Source: Candidatus Saccharimonadota bacterium (lineage in GTDB: Bacteria; Patescibacteriota; Patescibacteriia; 2-12-FULL-60-25). From it: DNA of 32,000 bases. Shown piece after piece: positions 16,485 through 31,869 of this stretch. The stretch spans positions 60,001-92,000 of the forward strand of contig CP060222.1 in assembly GCA_023898425.1 (NCBI GenBank), read 5' to 3'. Positions within the stretch are counted from its first letter, which is position 1, and each line of letters begins with the position of its first letter. The position numbers and the translations under genes were made by a program. The notes beneath the pieces were generated by a model. That model did no database searches. It had not been told where the DNA came from and saw nothing but the letters and a program-made list of their open reading frames with translations.

Positions 16485-17527
16485 AGAAGCGTTGGTTCTA
16501 TTGTATCGGTACTCGCCGGTATTGGAAAGCCAAGATGTTGATACGCGACTGTACTTGCTACGCGTCCTCGTGGCGTGCGAGTGATAAGTCCTTGTTGTAA
16601 CAAGAAAGGTTCAATTACGTCTTCGAGGGTATCCATCTCTTCGGATGTGGCAGCGGATAATGTACTTAAGCCAACAGGACCGCCGTTAAACGTTTCGATG
16701 ATCGACAAAAGAACGCGACGATCTGCTTGGTCAAGCCCTAGTGTATCTATCTCAAGCGCAAGGAGCGCTTTGTCGACGATAGGCTCGGTCATAGTGCCAT
16801 CGGCCATCACTTGAGCATAATCACGAACGCGTCTTAAGAGACGATTTGCGATACGAGGCGTGCGACGTGATCGTTTTGCGATAAGTCGTAAAGCCGCGTC
16901 TTCGTTTGGCACATTAAGTAACTGAGAGCTACGTGCCAAGATCGCATGCATTTCGTCTTCGCCGTAAAAATCTAGGTGAATATGTGAACCAAAACGGTCA
17001 CGTAAAGGCGCAGAAAGCATCGAGAGACGCGTTGTTGCGCCAATGATCGTAAAGCGTTTGAGATCGAGTCTAAGTGTGCGTGCCGTTGGACCTTTGCCCA
17101 TCACGATATCAAGCGCATAGTCTTCCATCGCCGGATATAGCACTTCTTCGATCGAGCGATTCATACGATGGATTTCATCAATAAACAAAATGTCGCCGTC
17201 TTCGAGATTGGTGAGGATGGCAGCAAGATCACCCACACGTTCTAGCGCAGGACCGCTTGTGACACGAATATTTGCCCCCATCTCATTTGCAATTACATGT
17301 GCAAGCGTTGTCTTACCAAGTCCTGGTGGGCCATAGAGTAATACGTGGTCACAAGGTTCTTGGCGCTTTTTTGCTGCTTCGAGAAAAATACGTAGGTTTT
17401 CTTTAATGGTTGGTTGACCGATAAACTCCTCTAAGCTTTTAGGACGTAATGCTGTATCAAAACTTACCTCCATTGTTTGAAGTTCTGGTGATACCTCGCG
17501 CGGTTCAAGTTCGCCCCATTGTTCCAT
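16481..17527 (-). CDS. ruvB: Holliday junction branch migration DNA helicase RuvB
   Basis: Walker A (GPPGLGKTT), Walker B (ILFIDEIHR), sensor motifs and the C-terminal winged helix ([17 protein letters not shown]) are present. I place the start at the ATG at 17527 (MEQWGEL...); the track's TTG at 17575 is less likely. Confidence 0.95.
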   Translation of the reverse strand: MEQWGELEPREVSPELQTMEVSFDTALRPKSLEEFIGQPTIKENLRIFLEAAKKRQEPCDHVLLYGPPGLGKTTLAHVIANEMGANIRVTSGPALERVGDLAAILTNLEDGDILFIDEIHRMNRSIEEVLYPAMEDYALDIVMGKGPTARTLRLDLKRFTIIGATTRLSMLSAPLRDRFGSHIHLDFYGEDEMHAILARSSQLLNVPNEDAALRLIAKRSRRTPRIANRLLRRVRDYAQVMADGTMTEPIVDKALLALEIDTLGLDQADRRVLLSIIETFNGGPVGLSTLSAATSEEMDTLEDVIEPFLLQQGLITRTPRGRVASTVAYQHLGFPIPASTDTIEPTLL

Positions 17528-17600
17528 AGTGTTCGTGATTTGTTCGATAGTAACAAGGCGGCTTTGGCGAATCAAGCGCCATCAAGTAAGATGCGGCGAT

Positions 17601-18287
17601 ATGATCTTACTAGAGCACGTTATCGCGATTTGTCAGGCGGTTATCTATTCTATCTTGCACGTGGATAGAATGCTCGGTGGTTTAATCGCTCAGTATCCAA
17701 CGGGTGTTTATAGTATTTTGTTTTTGATTATTTTTGTTGAGACGGGGCTTGTTATTATGCCCTTTTTACCGGGGGATTCATTGTTATTCGCCACGGGTTC
17801 TTTTGCGGCATTAGGTGTTATTGATATTAATCTCGCTTTACCGTTGCTTATACTCGCCGCCATTACAGGGGATACTGTGAATTATTGGATCGGACGTGAG
17901 GGTGGCACGAGGCTATTAAAACATAAACATCTTTCTAAACTCATTAATGATGAGCATTTGGCAAAGGCGCAGAGATTTTATGAGAAACATGCTTTTTTGT
18001 CGGTTGTTTTGGCAAGATTCATGCCTATTATCCGCACCTTTGCGCCATTTGTTGCTGGTATGACAAAAATGCATTATCGCCAATTTATGGCGTATAACGC
18101 GCTTGGCGGGATCGCTTGGGTTTCGTTATTTACCTTGCTTGGGTATTGGTTTGGTAATCTGCCGATTGTGCAAGAATATTTTGGTATTGTTATTATAGCG
18201 ATTATTATTCTCTCGTTTATGCCTTTGGTTTATGAATTTGCATTGGACCAAAAGGCAAAACGTCTCAATCAAACAAAGAAACGATAG
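17601..18287 (+). CDS. dedA: DedA-family membrane protein
   Basis: ILHVDRMLGGLIAQYPTGVYSILFLIIFVETGLVIMPFLPGDSLLFATG aligns with the E. coli DedA N-terminus. I place the start at the ATG at 17601. Confidence 0.9.
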   Translation: MILLEHVIAICQAVIYSILHVDRMLGGLIAQYPTGVYSILFLIIFVETGLVIMPFLPGDSLLFATGSFAALGVIDINLALPLLILAAITGDTVNYWIGREGGTRLLKHKHLSKLINDEHLAKAQRFYEKHAFLSVVLARFMPIIRTFAPFVAGMTKMHYRQFMAYNALGGIAWVSLFTLLGYWFGNLPIVQEYFGIVIIAIIILSFMPLVYEFALDQKAKRLNQTKKR

Positions 18288-18316
18288 GACCGGCTTTCAA
18301 ATTTTCACAGAAAAAA

Positions 18317-18342
18317 CACTCTCGTGGTTGAGAGTGTTTTTT
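18317..18342 (+). terminator. Rho-independent terminator after dedA
   Basis: CACTCTC (18317-18323) pairs with GAGAGTG (18330-18336), followed by T6. Confidence 0.7.
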
Positions 18343-18377
18343 CGTGTTTATCCTATAGAGAATATTGTAAGTAGCCG

Positions 18378-18386
18378 TGCTATAAT
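18378..18386 (+). promoter_or_regulatory. Candidate extended -10 promoter element (TGCTATAAT) for the first giant gene
   Basis: A perfect TATAAT at 18381-18386 is preceded by TGn, 18 nt upstream of the ATG at 18404. There is no good -35, which would imply a very short leader. Confidence 0.3.
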
Positions 18387-18403
18387 ACCCAGGAATAAAA
18401 CAT

Positions 18404-23794
<5,391 letters not shown>

Positions 23795-23798
23795 GTTA

Positions 23799-23840
23799 AA
23801 CAATATCGCATAGGCAAAAGCTTATGCGATATTGTTTTAC
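23799..23840 (+). terminator. Strong rho-independent terminator after giant gene 1
   Basis: A 14-bp stem, AACAATATCGCATA (23799-23812) pairing with TATGCGATATTGTT (23823-23836), followed by TT and a further T-run. Confidence 0.75.
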
Positions 23841-23927
23841 AAGTTTTTTCGGCTAAAAAGCAAAACGTGACAACCATTTGAAAAAATGATTGAATGTCGC
23901 ACAAGCGTGTAGAGATATGCGCATAGA

Positions 23928-24014
23928 GCCCGGGTGGCGAAATGGTATACGCAAGGGACTTAAAATCCCTGGTCTGAAAATGGCGTGCGGGTTCGAGTCC
24001 CGCCCTGGGCACCA
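23928..24014 (+). tRNA. tRNA-Leu (anticodon TAA), class II with a long variable arm
   Basis: Acceptor GCCCGGG/CCTGGGC, anticodon stem AGGGA/TCCCT with loop CTTAAAA, a 16-nt variable arm, T arm GCGGG TTCGAGT CCCGC, discriminator A and an encoded CCA. Confidence 0.95.
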
Positions 24015-24018
24015 CACA

Positions 24019-24045
24019 AATACCTCCGAAGATATCGGAGGTATT
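24019..24045 (+). terminator. Terminator-like hairpin after tRNA-Leu
   Basis: AATACCTCCGA (24019-24029) pairs with TCGGAGGTATT (24035-24045), loop AGATA. The downstream T-tract is weak (TGTATT). Confidence 0.5.
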
Positions 24046-26372
24046 TGTATTCAAGAGAGTATGTTCCAAATATGGTATGCTGTGCCTAATTATCTATGTT
24101 TTTTATGAAATACAAGAAGCACCTTTTCGCCATGGCAATTGGATTGGTTGGTTTAGCTATCGCAGGTACCTTTTTTACGCGAAAATCTGCTGAGTCAGCC
24201 GTAACCTATAATATCAGCGTTGGTTCATTTCCGCAGTACACGGCTAAAATTGGGCAGAACGTTTATACGGCAAATCGGTTTGGATCAAGCGTTTCAGTTA
24301 TTGATGCAACGACTAGAACGGCGGGTTCAAATATTTCTGTAGGCACAACTCCTGTACAGCCTATTGAGGTTGGAACAGATCTCTATGTCACGAATTCAGG
24401 TGCGGGCACAGTCTCTGTTATTAATTCCTTAACAAATACCGTTTCAAATACGATCACGATTGGTGCGACGTGGCAGCCATGGGGTGGTATTCTTGTTGGG
24501 ACAGATTTGTACATAGGAAACAATGCTTCTAGCTCGGTTTCTATCATTGATACTGTTACAAAAACGGTATCTGGGCATATCAGCGTTCCTGCAAGTGGCA
24601 GTATAAGATCGTTTGGCTTGGTCGGAACGAAGCTCTATGTAACGAATTACAATAGTAATAGTGTTACGGTTATTGATACGATAACAAAAACAGTGATTAC
24701 AACGATTCCTGTAGGAACAAGACCTTTTACGATCGTTGTGGCTGGAACCTCTGTCTATGTTGCTAACCAAAATAGCGCCAATGTTAGCGTTATCGATTCG
24801 ACGCTAGACGTGTTGGATACTACGATCCCTGTTGCTTCAGGGGCATATGAGCTTGCTTTAGTCGGAACAGACCTCTATGTGTCAACCTTTGGTAGTACGA
24901 ATATCGCCGTTATAGACACTCTCACAAATACGGTTGCCGACACGATACCTGTTGCAGGCAATGTTCTTAAAATAATTATCGTTGGCACAAATGCGTACGC
25001 TTTGCTTTATACAATGGATTCGGTTGCTGTGATTGATACATTAACAAAAACCGTTACGACAACAGTTGCTGTTGGCGATTTACCTTATGATGCCGAGTTT
25101 GTTGGTGATTTGCTATTTATTTCAAATGCGAATTCGAATAATGTGAGTGTGCTCGACATGAATACGAATACCCTTGTCGAAGTTGGTAAGCCATTGAGAG
25201 TAAGTGCCTCTATTAGCAATACAGAGCTAACCATTGTTTTTGATGAGCCTCTTGATCCTGCTTCAGTTCCAGATCCTAGTCAGTTTACCGTACGCTATAC
25301 GGGTATTATTGGGCCCGCGATACCTGTTAATTCAGTTTCCGTTATCGGTTCAAACGTTGTTTTGGAAATGGCGAGCGCACCTAGTGTTTTGAGCGATGTT
25401 CGTGTTGGGTATACACATCCTGTAACAAATCCCCTTCAGGACTTATCGCAGAACACGGTTACAACCTTTACGAACTATACGGCCAGCGTTATAAGCTGTG
25501 CTGCTGTCGCTGTCGGTTATAGTCCACGGTTCTCTCTTGCTGTTGGTGGTGATTTATATGTATTGAACGATGGTTCAGGTAGTGTTTCTGTTGTTGATAT
25601 TGGCACAAGTGCTGTCATAGATACGATCGCCGTTGGTTCTCAGCCAAGGTATGCTGTTTTGGCGGGGACGAGTCTCTATATCATCCATAAGGATTCTGAC
25701 GAGGTCATGGTTATCGATACATTAACGAATCTCGTTACCGATACTATTACTATCGACTATGGCTCATCCTTTGGCGTTCTAGTAGGTTCTGATCTTTATG
25801 TGATAACCGGAGAATCGAGCAGCGTTTCAGTTATTGATACGCTCACGAATACCGTTACTGATACGATCGCGGTTGGAGATAGCTCGCGTCGTGCTGCCTT
25901 AGTTGGGACTCAGCTTTATATCACCAATCAAGATACGAATGATGTCTCGGTTATTGATACGCTGACGAATACCGTTACGGATACGATTGCTGTCGACGAT
26001 GGTCCTCATGATATTCATGTCGTTGGCACCGATCTTTTTGTTGTTAATGAGTACCTTGATTCAGTGTCGGTCATTGATACGCTCACCAACACTGTTACTG
26101 ACACGATCGTTGTCGGAGACAGTCCAACTCGCTCTATATTAGTTGGCACCGATCTCTATATTTACATCGGTGATACCTCGGAGATGGCAATTATCAATAC
26201 TGGAACAAAAACCGTGACCAAAACGTTTGCTATAGGATCAGCGCCAGCGTCGCTTACTCTCGTTGGGAGCACGCTCTACACAGCTCAATCTCCTGACGTT
26301 ATCCGTCTCATTGATACCGTTGCTCAAGATATTCTTTCTTGTGCTCCTACCTATACCCTCACCTACTCCGCC

Positions 26373-29300
26373 GGCCCCAACGGCTCCATCACCGGCACAG
26401 CTCTTCAAATCGTCGCCGACGGAGCCGATGGCACCGCTGTCACGGCTGTCCCAAACTCCGGATACAAGTTCGCTAATTGGTCAGATGCCTCAACCGCAAA
26501 TCCAAGAACGGACATAGCCGTTACAAGCAATATCACCGTCACAGCTAACTTCACCAAGATCCCAAGTCTCGGTGGTGCTGGTGCAGACCCAGGTTGTGTT
26601 GGTGTCGGTTGTGGCACAACAACACTCTCTTCAACATCAACAACACCTGCCCCTGTTCTTGTTGGTCCTGATATCACCAATATTCGTGTTACTGAACTCT
26701 CCACATCCACTGCCAGAGTCTCTTGGGATACAAGTGTACCCGCTACAACCGCCTTCTACTTTGGCCTCAGTGATCTATACGGAAGCGGTTTCCGAGGGGA
26801 TGCAACTCTTGTCACTTCTCACTCGGTATTACTCAATACGCTGACAGAAGGAGAAACGTATCACTTCCGTATCCAAGCAGCAGACAGTATGGGCAAGACA
26901 AGAGCTCTCGAAGATGACACCTTCAAGACCCTTACGTATGCAGATTTAGCCAAAGACCCTAAAATCTACGAAGTACAGGTCTCGTATCTCACCGATACAA
27001 CTGCCGTTGTATCTTGGAAGACAAATGTCCCGCTACAAAGTCTCGTGACATATGGTGAGACCAGTGACTATGGCATGACAGCAGAGAGCACCACCCTTAC
27101 GATGTCGCATCTCGTGAACCTAAGTGGTCTCACACCAAGTACGCTATATCACATGAAGCTCACTTCTAGTGATGCCGACGTCACAACTTCTACAGAAGAC
27201 ATCACCTTCTTTACTCAAGTAGACAGCGCCCCTCCAGCAAACCCACTTAACTTCAGTGCCAAGAGCGGTCTCGAACAAAATACCTTGTCTTGGGTGAATC
27301 CAACGAATGACCATTTTGCTCAAGTACGCATTTTAGCAAGAACAGACAGATATCCTCAAAACCCAATTGATGGTGCTTTTGTGTATCAAGGGGATGGGCA
27401 GCAAGTTGTTCATACGGGTCTTGTATCAGGCAAAACATATTTCTATACGAACTTTGCCTACAATACCCAAAACAATTATTCATCCGGGGCTCTCGCCCAA
27501 GCCGTACCAACAGGTGTATTACCAGAACCAGAAAAAGAACCTGTACCAGAAGTACCACCTGCTCCAGAACCAGAGGTACCACCAGCACAAGAGGTGAATA
27601 CACCATCCGGCCAAGGTGATACGACCGGCTCTTCCGAATCCTCCGGAAGCACCCCTACAGAACCTCCTTCGGTACCACCAGCTCCCGAACCTACCAATCC
27701 AGAGCAACCCTCAGGTATCCCAATGCCTCCAGAAGTTCCAGCTGAAGAGCCATCTATCATTTCTTTGAGTACAGCTCCTGTGCGTACCATGGCGCTTAAC
27801 CCTGAATACACCATGGGCAATGGCTCGGTGCCATTAACCGCAAATCAAAACAATCAAATCGCTATCACACCTGGACCAAAGGTATCGATGCGTATTAAAG
27901 CGGCTCAAGTTGAAGGATCACCAACCATCGCTATCTTAACCTTTGATGACAATCGTCAATTACTTGAATTGCAATCAAATGGAGACTGGACAGCGACCTT
28001 TATGCCAACACGCATTGGTCAGCAGAATGCTCAGATTGATTTTGGCTATGAAGATGGTACCGTGGCACGCGTCACCACGATCTTTGATGTACGTGTACCT
28101 GGTCGTGTCATCGAAAGAGATATCCCTCTTGTTGGAGAAGTACGTCTTGTCGAAGGTGCTCGCGTCACTCTCGAGACAAAAACAAATGGACAATGGCAGA
28201 CCTGGTCAGGGCGCTTAACCAATCAACTCAATCCACAGACAACAAAAGAGGATGGCTCATGGGGTTTCTCTGTCCCAAGTGGTACCTATCGTATCCGTGT
28301 TGAGAAAGATGGCTATGACACTATCGAACGTATCTATACCGTCACCAATACGATCTTAGGCTCAGATATCGAGCTCCAAAAACCCTTCCTGTTCAACCTG
28401 ATGCTATCGGTATTGTCGCTACCGCTGTTACCTTGGCAAATATCGCCACGGTCGCAAGTCTCTTTAACTTCCTTTGGTATCTCTTAACACAACCACTCAT
28501 GTTCATTGGTGCACGCAAGCGCAACAAGTGGGGTGTGGTCTACAACTCCATCACCAAACAAGGAACAAATCTTGCGGCTGTTCGTTTGATGGATGCACAA
28601 ACAGGACGCGTGCTTCAAACACGTATCACAGATGAAAACGGTCGTTACTTCTTTCACGTCAAACCAGGTGACTATCGCATCGAAGCCGTGAAAGCAGGAC
28701 ATGTCTTCCCAAGTCTCGTCGCCAAGGATCTCACCGAAGACAACGAATACCTCGATGTCTATCACGGCACTCCGGTACACGTTGAAAATGAGACGGATCT
28801 CACCTTAAATATCCCTCTTGATCCAAATCATCCAAAAGAACTCACGCAAAAGTTCTTCGCAAGCGCTTTACACAAAAAGCAAAAACGTCATTAGTCTTCT
28901 CTCCTTTGCGGTGACCCTCGGTGCTCTTGCTCTACGCCCAAGTATGTTGCTTCTTGGTCTTGCTGCTCTTCAATTAGCTACCTATCTCATCTTCAGAAAA
29001 CTCATTGCTGTACGCAAACCAAAGAACTGGGGATTGTGACTGAAGCAGATTCTCACAAACCTATCGGCAGCACGGTGGTTCGTATCTTCGACAAGAAATA
29101 CAACAAACTTCTTGAGACACAAGTAACCGACGCCAAAGGACGCTATGGATTCTTAGCCAACAAAAACCTCTACTTTGTGACCGCAGACAAAAAGGGCTAT
29201 GAACGCTTTATCTCCGAAGACATCGACCTTACCCATGCCGAAGCTCAAACCATTGAGCGACCTATTACCTTAAAGAAGGTGGGGGATACGCCTACGCCTA

Positions 29301-29380
29301 CGCCTACGCCTACGCCTACGCCTACGCCTACGCCTACGCCTACGCCTACGCCTACGCCTACGCCCAATCCATTTACTGAT
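26373..29380 (+). repeat. Copy 2 of the ~3 kb direct repeat
   Basis: The offset to copy 1 is 5566 nt before the diverged patch and 5605 nt after it. It then falls to 5604, 5603, 5602 and 5601 across the four homopolymer differences. These offsets agree with the duplicated antisense ORFs in the track. Confidence 0.95.
29288..29365 (+). repeat. Hexanucleotide array (ACGCCT)x12 + ACGCCC encoding (Thr-Pro)13
   Basis: I counted it directly. It has the same length and peptide as 23687-23764, but both third-codon positions differ in every unit. Confidence 0.95.
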
Positions 29381-29411
29381 TAGAACGATAGTAGAATCCC
29401 TTAGCAAAGAT

Positions 29412-29450
29412 AAAATAAAATGCACGAGATATACTCGTGCATTTTATTTT
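29412..29450. terminator. Bidirectional terminator between giant gene 2 and fba
   Basis: A 17-bp stem, AAAATAAAATGCACGAG (29412-29428) pairing with CTCGTGCATTTTATTTT (29434-29450), loop ATATA. Confidence 0.7.
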
Positions 29451-29453
29451 GGT

Positions 29454-30371
29454 TTAAGCTTTTCCTTTACTCCCAAAAATCATTATCTTACGTTTCGCGA
29501 CTTCCTTAATTAATAGATTCGATGGTTCGAGGAGTTTGCGTGGGTCAATGACCTTTGGTAGGTCATTTACGGCTTCGCGTATACCTGCGGTAAACGCTAG
29601 ACGTAGGTCGGTATCGATATTAATTTTTGCGATACCATGTTTGATGGCTTGTTTGATGTCTTGATCCATGACACCGCGTGCTTCGCCGAGTTTCGCGCCA
29701 TAATGTTCGGCCATAGCTTTGACGTCTTCGAGGACACCTGAGGCGCCGTGGAGAACGAGTGGTTTTTTTACGAGGGCGGCAATGTGTTTAAGTCGATCAA
29801 TATCAAGATGTGTTTTGCCTTTAAACTTGTAGGCGCCGTGTGCGGTACCTATAGCAATCGCGAGTGAGTCGCAACCCGTTTCTTTTGAGAAGGCGAGCGC
29901 TTGCTTTGGATCAGTGAGAGCGGCATCACGAGCTTCGACGCTTACAAAATCTTCGATGCCAGCAAGAACGCCAATTTCTGCTTCTACGCTAACGCCTTTC
30001 TTTTTTGCCCAGGCTACTACTTGTTTTGTTGATTGTACGTTCTTTCTATAAGGGAGCGATGAGCCATCAAACATCACGCTTGTATAGCCACTGTCTATTG
30101 CTAGTTTAATGGTTTTTAAATTTTTACCATGATCTAAGTGCAGTACAACAGGGATTTTGGCCTTTGCTGCTACGCGAACCATAGCAATAAGGTAATCCAT
30201 GCCAGCGTATTCAATAGCGCCTTCTGATGTTTGTACAATAATAGGGGACTTGAGCTCAGTAGCGGCCTCGATAACAGCTTTGAGGATTTCAAGATTGTTA
30301 ATGTTAAAAGCAGGAACGGCATATTTACCGGCGCGTGCTTTTTTTAAGATAGGGAGTGCGGCAACGAGCAT
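29454..30371 (-). CDS. fba: Class II fructose/ketose-bisphosphate aldolase
   Basis: 305 aa. Motifs are YAVPAFNINNLE, PVVLHLDHG, SVMFDGS, VEAEIG, AIAIGTAHGAYK and LVLHGASG (class II zinc aldolase signature residues). Confidence 0.9.
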   Translation of the reverse strand: MLVAALPILKKARAGKYAVPAFNINNLEILKAVIEAATELKSPIIVQTSEGAIEYAGMDYLIAMVRVAAKAKIPVVLHLDHGKNLKTIKLAIDSGYTSVMFDGSSLPYRKNVQSTKQVVAWAKKKGVSVEAEIGVLAGIEDFVSVEARDAALTDPKQALAFSKETGCDSLAIAIGTAHGAYKFKGKTHLDIDRLKHIAALVKKPLVLHGASGVLEDVKAMAEHYGAKLGEARGVMDQDIKQAIKHGIAKINIDTDLRLAFTAGIREAVNDLPKVIDPRKLLEPSNLLIKEVAKRKIMIFGSKGKA

Positions 30372-30373
30372 AG

Positions 30374-31384
30374 TTAGTCTTTAAGGAGTTCAGCCTTTGT
30401 CGAGGCAAATGTTTTAAGGGTTGCTTTCATTTGAGTCTTTGTAAGTAAGCCCTTTTGTGGACCGATATATTTTACAACGCTCCACGAATTGGCTGTACCG
30501 TAGCGCAACGCTTCCGGTATTTCATGCCCGGTAGCTAAGGCATATGAAAAGCCTGTACCAAAGGCGTCACCTGCGCCAGTGCGTTCGTAGGCATCGCCTT
30601 TAAAAATAGGCTGATGCCAAAAAGTAGTTCCATCTGTTGCATAGGATCCTTTAAGCCCATCGGTGATAACAGCAATCTTTACACCAAGGTCGATAAAAGA
30701 TTGTAACAATGTACGCATGGTAGCTTCTTTTGTTTGAAGTAAATACTCAGCCTCTTCTTTATTAACAATAAATACCGTTACGAGTTTGATGATAGGGAGT
30801 AATGATTTTAAGCCTCGGCGCAATTGGTGCGTGCCAGGATTAAAGCTTACCGGTGTTTGTGGGTGTTGTTTTAAATGAGCGATGAGTTGTTTCTCAAGTT
30901 TTTCGTGTCCCGCGCCAATGGACGTGTAGTAAATCCAGCTTGCCGATGGTAGCTTAGAAAGCTCGTATTTACGTGGCTCATGATAGACAAGGATCGTACG
31001 CTCTCCCTCTTTAAATAAGATGGTAGAATAGCTTGTTGGACGTTTTTTGTCCGTCACTACAAATGGCATTGCGACATGCTCGTTCTTCCAGTTTTGACGA
31101 ATTTCTTTTGCGGCTTGATCATTGCCGATAACACTATAGACGGCAGAGCTTAGCCCGAGCCTTGATGATCCAACGGCCACATTTGAAGCATTACCGGCTC
31201 CAGGAACACGAGTCACTGCGGTAACGGGGATCTTTTCGCCAAAATCAAAACAGATTTGGCATTCTTCTTTTTTTACTTGGCAAGCCACGGTTGCCTCATC
31301 AACCTCTAGAAAAACATCTAAAACCGCCTCTCCTATAGCGATCATGTCGTACTTTGGTTTCTTTTGTGTAGATTTCTTTAACAT
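30374..31384 (-). CDS. PfkB/ribokinase-family carbohydrate kinase
   Basis: 336 aa with an N-terminal GG-type motif (PGAGNASNVAVG) and the C-terminal anion-hole motif TGAGDAFGTGFSYAL. It ends 2 nt before the fba start. The start is the ATG at 31384 or 31345. Confidence 0.85.
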   Translation of the reverse strand: MLKKSTQKKPKYDMIAIGEAVLDVFLEVDEATVACQVKKEECQICFDFGEKIPVTAVTRVPGAGNASNVAVGSSRLGLSSAVYSVIGNDQAAKEIRQNWKNEHVAMPFVVTDKKRPTSYSTILFKEGERTILVYHEPRKYELSKLPSASWIYYTSIGAGHEKLEKQLIAHLKQHPQTPVSFNPGTHQLRRGLKSLLPIIKLVTVFIVNKEEAEYLLQTKEATMRTLLQSFIDLGVKIAVITDGLKGSYATDGTTFWHQPIFKGDAYERTGAGDAFGTGFSYALATGHEIPEALRYGTANSWSVVKYIGPQKGLLTKTQMKATLKTFASTKAELLKD

Positions 31385-31462
31385 ATGGCTTTTATCATAG
31401 CACTGTTGCTAATTATGCGGGAGCGCTATACTTACAGGGTAATTATTAATCATACACTTACT

Positions 31463-31867
31463 ATGGCTCAACAAAAACCATCCTCCCATCTAGGAGCGGG
31501 ACTTGCTGCCGGTGCTGTTATTGGCCTCGCAACAGGATTTTTTCTTAATTCACGTAAAGGCAAGGTTCTCGTAGCCGATGCGCAAAAGAAGTCTAAGCTC
31601 TTGCAAAAGCAGGTCATGAAGATGCTCGCAGATGCAGGCACGCTTTCTGAACAAAAATACGAAGAGATTGTCGACAAGGTTGTCGCATACTATGCCTCTT
31701 CAAAAGAGATCGCAGTAAAAGAAATTCCAGAAGTTCGTAAATACCTCATGTCACAATGGAAAGGTATCGAATCACAGCTTGAGAACGTTGGCGAAGATGC
31801 TGTAAAGACAGTAAAAACAGTGCAAAAGAAAGCAGCTAAGGCTGTCAAAAAAGTAACGAAAAAATAG
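31463..31867 (+). CDS. YtxH-like protein (N-terminal TM helix plus Lys-rich helical region)
   Basis: I place the start at the ATG at 31463 (MAQQKPSSHLGAGLAAGAVIGLATGFFLNSRKGK...), which fits the YtxH pattern. The track start at 31385 adds an implausible leader. Confidence 0.6.
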   Translation: MAQQKPSSHLGAGLAAGAVIGLATGFFLNSRKGKVLVADAQKKSKLLQKQVMKMLADAGTLSEQKYEEIVDKVVAYYASSKEIAVKEIPEVRKYLMSQWKGIESQLENVGEDAVKTVKTVQKKAAKAVKKVTKK

Positions 31868-31869
31868 TC

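Larger units (their letters stand above)
24096..29383 (+). pseudogene. Giant surface protein 2 (about 1,763 aa if repaired), paralog of 18404..23794; split into four ORFs as sequenced by four 1-nt homopolymer differences
   Basis: ORF pieces 24096..28487, 28433..28894, 28818..29039 and 29036..29383 are colinear with the paralog. The frame changes occur exactly at 28378-28382 (A5 vs A6), 28848-28851 (A4 vs A5), 28881-28885 (A5 vs A6) and 29029-29032 (G4 vs G5). The head has 8 + 7 YVTN-type blades and is diverged from copy 1. The first FN3-like unit is complete here (GETYHFRIQAADSMGK). Confidence 0.85.

Noticed and set aside
25824-26160. Three consecutive propeller blades in head 2 share an identical peptide core (VSVIDTLTNTVTDTI) at a 120-nt period, which looks like recent intragenic blade duplication.
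   Set aside because: The DNA of the three cores differs at several synonymous positions (gctcacg/gctgacg/gctcacc; actgat/acggat/actgac). The identity therefore reflects constraint on the blade motif, not recent amplification.
28378-29032. Phase variation, programmed frameshifting, transcriptional slippage or an alternative genetic code as explanations for the frameshifts.
   Set aside because: The runs are short (4-6 nt). Four would have to switch together. The same type of lesion hits housekeeping genes (HIT, tRNA-His). The interrupting signals are frameshifts, not reassignable stop codons, and TGA, TAA and TAG all terminate intact genes here.
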